Source: a virus (lineage: Duplodnaviria > Caudoviricetes). Taken from it: a DNA stretch of 32,729 bases. Below, one piece after another: positions 27,026 through 32,729 of this stretch. The stretch spans positions 1 through 32,729 of the IMG/VR virus record IMGVR_UViG_3300016665_000258; one strand, given 5' to 3'. Positions within the stretch are counted from its first letter, which is position 1; every line of letters starts with the position of its first letter. Under the pieces are notes generated by a model, which saw nothing but the letters and a program-made list of their open reading frames with translations, was not told the DNA's origin and ran no database searches. A program made the position numbers and the translations under genes.

Positions 27026-27466
27026 TCAGCTTGCCCAATCCGAACAGGTGACCTTTTGCCCCTTAGCAATTGGCAATTCAATGAAGGAATCTTCAAAGTC
27101 AGTCAGGCGGGTTTTCTTTTTCACCCTTGTCCCGGCCGCAACGTCATCAAGCTTGAACCAAACAAAGCGATTCATTTCCTTATTCATGACCACAAAAATC
27201 ATGGGCCGGTGTTGGAAGATTCTTTCTTTTCGGCTTGGGATGTGAACCGTCTTGAACGGGAACCGTGCCCCGGTCCAATTGTGCTTCACTTCGATTTCAA
27301 CAAATCCCTGAAATACGCTTCCCCGGTAGGCAATTAGGTCCGGCCCGAAAATGTCGGGATTGTCCACCAAGTGCAACCCCCACATTTCGGCAAAAGATTG
27401 GCGCACCCGTGCCCGGGCCGGTCCGTCATTCTGGTCATGCAATTCTTTTGAAAACGGTTTTTTCAT
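27026..27466 (-). CDS. PD-(D/E)XK-type nuclease
   Basis: FGPDL...FVEIEVK, FPF.TVHIP.RK; start MKKPF with ATGA overlap. Confidence 0.7.
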   Translation of the reverse strand: MKKPFSKELHDQNDGPARARVRQSFAEMWGLHLVDNPDIFGPDLIAYRGSVFQGFVEIEVKHNWTGARFPFKTVHIPSRKERIFQHRPMIFVVMNKEMNRFVWFKLDDVAAGTRVKKKTRLTDFEDSFIELPIAKGQKVTCSDWAS

Positions 27467-27654
27467 ACCGAAGCCAAGGCATCCCGGGCAATGCGTGTGT
27501 CTTTGGCTATGACTTCGGCACATTGTTCAACGCCTTGGTTTGTCCAAAAAGATTTCCGAGAATGTTCCGGAAAATCAAATGATGCAATTTCCATAAGTGC
27601 TTTTTTTAGTTTGTTATAGTCAGCCAAAAATTTTTTGATTTCTCGGTCGGTCAT
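27463..27654 (-). CDS. Hypothetical protein
   Basis: SD GAAAGGA; LKKAL.EIA...IARDAL pattern. Confidence 0.65.
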   Translation of the reverse strand: MTDREIKKFLADYNKLKKALMEIASFDFPEHSRKSFWTNQGVEQCAEVIAKDTRIARDALASV

Positions 27655-27718
27655 TTTTTTGTCCTTTCTTTTGGGGTGGGGCAAGTGCAAATGAAAATCA
27701 AACAGCTTGGTTGGTGTG

Positions 27719-27856
27719 TCATTGGAAGTTTGCCAGTCTGAAAAAGATAGGCCAAAAAGTCAGGTGGAAGACCACCAAAAAAAAGGCAATGTCTTTGACC
27801 GATATTCTCACAACGATTTCGGACCGGTAGTTTTCAACTTTCTTTTCCATCACCAT
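27719..27856 (-). CDS. Small membrane protein (45 aa)
   Basis: MVMEKKVENYRSEIVVRISVKDIAFFLVVFHLTFWPIFFRLANFQ; overlaps the upstream stop. Confidence 0.5.
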   Translation of the reverse strand: MVMEKKVENYRSEIVVRISVKDIAFFLVVFHLTFWPIFFRLANFQ

Positions 27857-28017
27857 TCCCCTTCCAATGCTTCATTTGCAATCTGGACGGCCGTCTCATA
27901 ATCGCCTTCACAATCTATGACCTCATAAAGGGCGGACCGATAGGTGGAAATTTCCCCCTGCAAATGAGTTACATAGTCAATCAATTGTTCACGTGTTAAT
28001 TCTTCAGGCTTCACCAT
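27850..28017 (-). CDS. Hypothetical protein (55 aa)
   Basis: MVKPEELTREQLIDYVTHLQGEISTYRSALYEV...IANEALEGEW; SD GGAAAGGA. Confidence 0.65.
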   Translation of the reverse strand: MVKPEELTREQLIDYVTHLQGEISTYRSALYEVIDCEGDYETAVQIANEALEGEW

Positions 28018-28041
28018 TGTTTTTTTCCTTTCCTAAAATGA

Positions 28042-28099
28042 CCCGGTGGATGTTGCTTCAACCGTGCAGAATCGAAAATTGCACAATTCACCCACCGGG
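28042..28099 (-). other. Long intergenic RNA hairpin with UUCG-containing loop
   Basis: CCCGGUGGGUG...CAUCCACCGGG outer stem, AAUUGUGCA/UGCACGGUU inner stem; G-U pairs favour the minus strand. Confidence 0.6.
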
Positions 28100-28112
28100 G
28101 CAATCCATTGGC

Positions 28113-28331
28113 CTATTCCAATGAATCTTTCAAAATGTCGTCAAAGTTATTGTCCAGAAAGCTTGCCCAATCTGAAGAATGAATGCACCGGTTGTTGCCG
28201 GCATTGTTGTCATCAAGATCAACCTTGGTCAGTGCCCGGATTGCCGCCGCAAAGCCTTCCTTGACCCCGACCCGATAGGCCGCTTCCCTAGTTTGTGGGT
28301 TGTGGGTTTCAAGCATTGTCTTTGTGTTCAT
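28113..28331 (-). CDS. Hypothetical protein
   Basis: 72-aa ORF in a packed operon. Confidence 0.6.
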   Translation of the reverse strand: MNTKTMLETHNPQTREAAYRVGVKEGFAAAIRALTKVDLDDNNAGNNRCIHSSDWASFLDNNFDDILKDSLE

Positions 28332-28524
28332 TTGAAATCACCCTTTCAGTCATGCCACGCTTGGTGGCGAATTGGTTCCAAGCATTGATTGCTTGTTCCT
28401 TGGTTTCAAAACAGCCAACGTAAACCCTTTCACGGTTGATGGTGGTTTTGACCACCCACCGGTAGGCTTCCCCGTTGCGCTTCATCAGAAACACGCACCC
28501 GGGCTTTGCAAGCACCCTATTCAT
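28309..28524 (-). CDS. AP2-like DNA-binding domain protein
   Basis: PG......RW.V.....RERVYVGCFETKEQAI.AWN; ATGA overlap at 28524. Confidence 0.7.
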   Translation of the reverse strand: MNRVLAKPGCVFLMKRNGEAYRWVVKTTINRERVYVGCFETKEQAINAWNQFATKRGMTERVISNEHKDNA

Positions 28525-28667
28525 TTGCGCACCCCCGCCCGGTCCGTTGCCGTGAAAACGCTTTTTAGCAAGTGGAAAACCCCAAGGCCGAGCAATCCAC
28601 CGAAGACCACACAAAGGCCAAAGCAAATGCACATACCGCACAAGAAAAGAAATTCTCCGAACATCAT
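28521..28667 (-). CDS. Small membrane protein (48 aa)
   Basis: MMFGEFLFLCGMCICFGLCVVFGGLLGLGVFHLLKSVFTATDRAGVRK; ATGA overlaps at both ends. Confidence 0.6.
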   Translation of the reverse strand: MMFGEFLFLCGMCICFGLCVVFGGLLGLGVFHLLKSVFTATDRAGVRK

Positions 28668-28867
28668 TCAGACCCCCTTTTTTTCATGCACCTTTGGCAA
28701 GTGCGGCCAATCAATACGGTTACAAGTTCGCCACACTGTCGGCATGGAGTGCGCCGGCAATCGGCGCAATTCTCATGTTTGGACCCGTGAGGCTTCCCAC
28801 ATTTTTTGCAGGGGGAATAAATCCCCGAGCGCATTTTATATTTGAAATTTGGATCAGTTGAATTCAT
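28664..28867 (-). CDS. Double zinc-ribbon protein
   Basis: Four CxxC motifs (CKKC, CADC, CRQC, CQRC). Confidence 0.7.
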   Translation of the reverse strand: MNSTDPNFKYKMRSGIYSPCKKCGKPHGSKHENCADCRRTPCRQCGELVTVLIGRTCQRCMKKRGSE

Positions 28868-28953
28868 GTGAACATCCAGACAAAGAAATAGGCCGGCAAG
28901 ATTACAAGGGCGCAAAACATTGCCAACAATTCGAGTGCTTCAAAGGATTCCAT
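28864..28953 (-). CDS. Small membrane peptide (29 aa)
   Basis: MESFEALELLAMFCALVILPAYFFVWMFT; ATGA overlap with the next gene. Confidence 0.5.
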   Translation of the reverse strand: MESFEALELLAMFCALVILPAYFFVWMFT

Positions 28954-28974
28954 GGTTTTGATTCCGTTTTAATT

Positions 28975-29031
28975 CGGCGGGGGTGTGGTTTTTTAGACCA
29001 TCCCCCACCGGGTCCAATAGAAAGGAACCAC
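28975..29031 (-). promoter_or_regulatory. 3' element of recombination operon: anti-SD sequence plus GC-rich hairpin
   Basis: GUGGUUCCUUUC then CGGUGGGGGAUGGU-loop-ACCACACCCCCGCCG; no U-tract. Confidence 0.55.
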
Positions 29032-29037
29032 CCGCAA

Positions 29038-29970
29038 CTATTTGGACCCCTTTTTCAGTCTGATAAAATCTTCAACCATTTGGATGAATTCAATGCCTTG
29101 TGCATTCAGCGGCTTGCCTTGTTCTTCGGCCGAATTCTGAAGCCAAGTAGCAAACCCAACCGCATCATCAAGGCCGATTTCTTCAAGAGTCATGCCCTTA
29201 TACTTTTTCGAGAATGGCACCACATAAGTCAGGCAAGCGTCATCACCCGGGGCATTGTCAAAGCTTGGTTCACCTTCCCCGTTAGAAGACACGGGGGAAA
29301 TTGTATCTTCAAACGGGGCCGGGGATTGTTGTGCTGCCTTTGGTTGCGTCTTCACAGCTGTTTGCGGCAGCACCACATTTTTGATTTCTTTTGTTTCGGG
29401 TTGCGCTTGGGCCATTTCTTCAGAAGTGTAAAGGCCAGAAAGGTCATTTGGGAAAGCCTTTCGAAGTGCAAGCGATTCGGCAACCTTGGCAATCATCAGC
29501 CCGGGCATCTTTGCCCACATGAAAGTCAGGCTTCCATCATTCTTTCGTTGGGCATATTCATCGAAGATTGCGATTGCCGTCAACGCTTCCCGGAATCCTT
29601 TCTTGTACACGCCAACCTTGCAAGCGGCCGGTGGGGTTTTCTTGAGCCATACGTCAACCCATTTGCCGTCATCACCGCACCATTGTGGTTGTGTCTGACC
29701 CTCATATTGCCCGGACCTTTCGGCAACCAGACGGAAGCCGTCAATGCTAGTCTGAATCTGGACCTTTCCTTTGTGGTCTTTGATGAAATAAATTTGTCGG
29801 GTGATCGGATCAAGCCCGGTGCGCTTGCATTGCTCAACAAAGAATTGCAATTCAAGATCAGTTGCACCTTGGGCAACCGTGGCCTTGATCAGCGCAACCT
29901 TGTCTTGCGTGAATGTGTTTTGGATTTGTGTGTTGGTTGTGGTTACGACAGAAACGGATTGATTGTTCAT
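29038..29970 (-). CDS. bet: Phage recombination protein Bet (RecT/Red-beta family annealase)
   Basis: GATD.EL..F...[59 protein letters not shown]; alternative start 29988. Confidence 0.93.
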   Translation of the reverse strand: MNNQSVSVVTTTNTQIQNTFTQDKVALIKATVAQGATDLELQFFVEQCKRTGLDPITRQIYFIKDHKGKVQIQTSIDGFRLVAERSGQYEGQTQPQWCGDDGKWVDVWLKKTPPAACKVGVYKKGFREALTAIAIFDEYAQRKNDGSLTFMWAKMPGLMIAKVAESLALRKAFPNDLSGLYTSEEMAQAQPETKEIKNVVLPQTAVKTQPKAAQQSPAPFEDTISPVSSNGEGEPSFDNAPGDDACLTYVVPFSKKYKGMTLEEIGLDDAVGFATWLQNSAEEQGKPLNAQGIEFIQMVEDFIRLKKGSK

Positions 29971-29984
29971 CTGATTGGTTCCTT

Positions 29985-30866
29985 TCATTGCTTGTTCAGA
30001 TTTACTTTGACATAGGTTGTACCTTTTTTTCGGTACTGATTCAAGTCAACATTTTTTAATTCTGGAATTTTTTTGTAATCAACGGACCCCTCACGCTCAA
30101 CAAGTTGAATGTTGATCCCCTCACCCTGCACTTGGGTTGCGCCATTCTCGGAAAGAATCTTTTGGGCAAGGGTTTTGATTTCTTCGTCCAGTGCGTCCAA
30201 CGCTTTTGCCGCTTCAACCGAAGCGCATTTCAATGCGTGAAGCTTCACAATGTCGGGTGATGCCAGTGAAAGCACCGGTGCCGGCAATGTCCCGGCCTTG
30301 ATTGCGTCAAGGTCTGAAAGAAAAGCTTCGGCCGATTGAAACAATGATTGTTGAAAAGCCTTATCGGCCTTCACTTCCTTGACGGAAAGTTCACCGTTGT
30401 GGACAAAGGCAAGCCAAGTGGTGGAATATCCAGTCACCGCCATTTGCCATTGCACTTGGGCAAAGTAGTGGTCAGGGGTGCTTTCCACATAGGCCGCAAA
30501 TTTCTGCACGGTTGTGCATGACTTCACTTCCAAAAGCAATTCCCGATCAGCGTCAAGGCCATCAAGGGATGCAAAGAACCGGGCATTGATGCCGGATTCG
30601 ATAACGGCCGGTTGGAAGTTGAAGCCTTGCCCATTCAATCGGTCACGCACCACCGCCTCCCATTCATGACCGGCGGCAAAGATGCCCTTTTGGTATTCGG
30701 TCAATTCCTTGGTGTGCCCCAATTTTTCCATCATCACTTCCCCCCGTTTTTTGAATGCGCCTTCAGACCCATGGATTGAAGCAATGTCACTGCCCCCAAT
30801 CCCGTTCACCCGGTACGCAAGCCATTCAGGGGTGCCTTGTTCAAGGTTGATTTTCTTGATTGTCAT
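29985..30866 (-). CDS. YqaJ/lambda-exonuclease family recombination exonuclease
   Basis: QGTPEWL..R..GIGGSD, G..WE, ASLDG, LEVK, Y.AQVQWQM.VTG. Confidence 0.93.
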   Translation of the reverse strand: MTIKKINLEQGTPEWLAYRVNGIGGSDIASIHGSEGAFKKRGEVMMEKLGHTKELTEYQKGIFAAGHEWEAVVRDRLNGQGFNFQPAVIESGINARFFASLDGLDADRELLLEVKSCTTVQKFAAYVESTPDHYFAQVQWQMAVTGYSTTWLAFVHNGELSVKEVKADKAFQQSLFQSAEAFLSDLDAIKAGTLPAPVLSLASPDIVKLHALKCASVEAAKALDALDEEIKTLAQKILSENGATQVQGEGINIQLVEREGSVDYKKIPELKNVDLNQYRKKGTTYVKVNLNKQ

Positions 30867-30899
30867 TGTGGTTCCTTTCGTGTTGTTTGGTTCACTTGC

Positions 30900-31157
30900 T
30901 TATTGCAAGTTTTCGGTTGATTCCGAAACGTTTTGAATAATCGGGTCAAGTTCGCTGAAGAATCCAAAGCGGATGCGCCCGGTCTTGTCATCGGTTTCAA
31001 TGCAAACGGCCGTGCAATTCCATTCGAAGGTCTTGGATCGAAGGCCGGCACCTTCCGGTGACTGGTAATAAAAAAAGATTGGGGTGTTGTCGGGCAAATC
31101 GTGGGAATCGAGAACGGTTCGAAGTGCCCCAAGGGTTTGGATTTCAGGCTTTGCCAT
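30900..31157 (-). CDS. Hypothetical protein, first gene of recombination operon
   Basis: SD GAAAGGAACCAC before ATG 31157. Confidence 0.7.
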   Translation of the reverse strand: MAKPEIQTLGALRTVLDSHDLPDNTPIFFYYQSPEGAGLRSKTFEWNCTAVCIETDDKTGRIRFGFFSELDPIIQNVSESTENLQ

Positions 31158-31191
31158 TTGTGTGGTTCCTTTCGGTGTTGTTGTTGGGATC

Positions 31192-31220
31192 AATTTACTT
31201 CATGTCAAAACTGACTGCAA
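31192..31220 (-). promoter_or_regulatory. Putative sigma70 promoter of the recombination operon
   Basis: TTGCAG-17 nt-TAAATT in the intergenic gap. Confidence 0.5.
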
Positions 31221-31222
31221 GG

Positions 31223-31525
31223 CTAAAATGGCAAATCTTCATCATCATCCGGACCTGCCGCCATTGCCCGGAAATCGGTCTTGAACTTGACCGGGTCTTT
31301 TTTGGTTTCGGCTTGGTGCTTTCTGACCATGACCGGGGCGGCACCATCGGCATCCGGAGTGAAGTCTTTGGCATAGTCCAGACCCCACACCGGGATTCTG
31401 TCGGAATAGTTTTGGCCAATCGCACATGAACACCGGAAGCCATAAACACCGATCAATTCCCGATGGTGTGCAACCACCCACCCGGTTGATTTGCAGAATG
31501 CGCAACTTGGGTTGAAGGTCTTCAT
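31223..31525 (-). CDS. Zinc-finger protein with SSB-like acidic tail
   Basis: CAFC..TGW...FRCSC..G; ends DDDEDLPF. Confidence 0.7.
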   Translation of the reverse strand: MKTFNPSCAFCKSTGWVVAHHRELIGVYGFRCSCAIGQNYSDRIPVWGLDYAKDFTPDADGAAPVMVRKHQAETKKDPVKFKTDFRAMAAGPDDDEDLPF

Positions 31526-32064
31526 TCAATGGCCGCCTTTCTTGTGAATTGCCCAATCAGCTTTTGCGCTTCCCCGGTGCCGATCTGGTCCGGGAAGTTT
31601 TGCGGTTGGTTCAAGGTGCCATTGATTGCTTTCTTGTTCACGGTTTGGGCAAGGCCACGGATTTGGGCAAAGAAAGTGCCCTTGTTTTCTTCGGTCAATT
31701 CGGCACAGATGGTGGACCACCCGCCCATGCGTTGCACGCATTCCCACCCGATTTGGCCGATCCATTCCCGGGCTTCGGTGCTTCGGTATGAACCGAACTT
31801 GGAAACCGCCCCAATGACTTTTGAAGCAACGTCTTGCCCAAGGTCCAAATCCGTTTCAACCGGCTTCACAATGGCAATCAGGGCCGATGGAAGCGGAAAG
31901 AATTTGTTTGCCGGGTTGCGCCGGTATTCCTTGCAAGCCTTCACAAGTTCATCAGGTGAAAGGCACGACAAATCTTCAGCGTACATTGCAAACTGCATTG
32001 GGGTGATTTGGGTCCGGTAATATGCGGCCAAGGCTTCAAGGATTTCAACGATTGCTTTTTTCAT
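31522..32064 (-). CDS. Replication accessory protein (helicase loader/inhibitor-like, DUF6475-like)
   Basis: LA.YY....Y..DL...L..A...Y....FFP.P..L; AVSKFGSY, VQRMGGW..IC; follows the initiator. Confidence 0.65.
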   Translation of the reverse strand: MKKAIVEILEALAAYYRTQITPMQFAMYAEDLSCLSPDELVKACKEYRRNPANKFFPLPSALIAIVKPVETDLDLGQDVASKVIGAVSKFGSYRSTEAREWIGQIGWECVQRMGGWSTICAELTEENKGTFFAQIRGLAQTVNKKAINGTLNQPQNFPDQIGTGEAQKLIGQFTRKAAIE

Positions 32065-32729
32065 GACTCAACCCCCATAAGCTTCAGGGCAGCTTTTGCC
32101 GCCATTGCGTTGCTTGCTTCCCGGGCTTCCCCGTCTGACTGCCGGCTTGGTGCCACCCGTCTTGAGTCCCAAGCTCGAGCAAGCCAATTGTTTAGGAACC
32201 GGGCAAAGTCTTTCTTGCGCCTTGCCGGGTTTGATTCTTCCCATGCCACCGCCTTCAGTGCTTCCCCCTTGATGAAGGCCGAATCCGGAAAGGCTAACAG
32301 CATTGCGTCAAGTTGGGTTGGCTTCACCCCCCTTTCAAGCCAAAGTGATTTCAATTCACCAACACCATCAGGGAAGACAATCGAAGATTGCTCTGACCTA
32401 GTAGTGTTTTGTTCTGTTCTGTTCTGTTCTGTTCTGTTCTGTTCTGTTCTGTGTCGTTCGGATTCTGTACAGACTCTGTACGCAATCTGTACAGATTCAA
32501 TCTTTTCAATGGTTTGCATGAGGATTTTTGGGGTCATCAAATTAAGCCGACACCAATGGTCAACGAATAGCTCAATTTTTCCGTGTTTATTCTGTTTTGA
32601 GACCTCACAAAGTAGGAACACCAAACACAGCTTTTCTTCGTTGGAAAGGTCATTCAGTTTTGGGTCCAAAGGGAAGTCATTTGATAGCGCAAACCAATGG
32701 TGACGCTTGTAGTCTTTTCGGGGGTGGAA
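32061..32729 (-). CDS. Phage replication initiator protein (5'-truncated at window edge)
   Basis: Frame is open to the window end (FHPRKDYKRHHWFALSNDFPLDPK...); low-complexity TEQNR linker; C-terminal W...NP.RRKKD..RFL.NWL.R. Confidence 0.75.
   Translation of the reverse strand, partial: FHPRKDYKRHHWFALSNDFPLDPKLNDLSNEEKLCLVFLLCEVSKQNKHGKIELFVDHWCRLNLMTPKILMQTIEKIESVQIAYRVCTESERHRTEQNRTEQNRTEQNTTRSEQSSIVFPDGVGELKSLWLERGVKPTQLDAMLLAFPDSAFIKGEALKAVAWEESNPARRKKDFARFLNNWLARAWDSRRVAPSRQSDGEAREASNAMAAKAALKLMGVES
32411..32450. repeat. Pentanucleotide tandem repeat (GTTCT)x8 encoding TEQNR
   Basis: Directly visible. Confidence 0.95.
32464..32497. repeat. Putative iterons: TCTGTAC(AG/GC)A x3 at 11-bp spacing
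   Basis: TCTGTACAGA 32464-73, TCTGTACGCA 32475-84, TCTGTACAGA 32486-95; inside the initiator gene. Confidence 0.6.

Noticed and set aside
28849-30015. 388-aa + strand ORF
   Set aside because: Antisense shadow of bet; no recognisable motifs or SD, and explained by codon bias on the coding strand
32008-32703. 231-aa + strand ORF with CSVLF repeats
   Set aside because: Antisense reading of the initiator and its GTTCT repeat
1-32729. Transposable (Mu-type) or integrated lifestyle; alternative genetic code
   Set aside because: Head genes are Mu-like, but no transposase, integrase or att site is in the window; genes are intact under the standard code with all three stop codons in use

Overview
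The window is a ~32.7 kb stretch of a tailed dsDNA phage or prophage. It looks siphovirus-like: tail tube, chaperone frameshift and a 694-aa tape measure, with no sheath gene. The + strand (1-25115) carries a stand-alone Fis-type HTH, terminase small and large subunits, and a Mu-like head module. That module includes a 939-aa portal + MuF + C-terminal-domain fusion, a protease/scaffold, a decoration protein and the major capsid protein. Neck and tail genes, a lysis cassette (M15 peptidase, holin, spanin-like pair), RecU and a second block of fibre-like genes follow. The - strand (25112-32729) carries a secreted HExxH protein, a metallophosphoesterase, a PD-(D/E)XK nuclease, many coupled small ORFs, a YqaJ/Bet recombination operon and a 5'-truncated replication initiator with a probable internal origin. 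No integrase, tRNA or CRISPR array was seen. Three observations stand out. (1) The head polyprotein has L-[A/S]-E motifs at its domain boundaries and an A10G slippery run identical to the tail-chaperone frameshift site. (2) An anti-Shine-Dalgarno element after the recombination operon is exactly complementary to the RBS of all three operon genes. (3) An RHH gene sits inside the tail module, back-to-back with the tail chaperone, on a symmetric pair of overlapping leaderless promoters. Family assignments come from motif recognition, not database searches.
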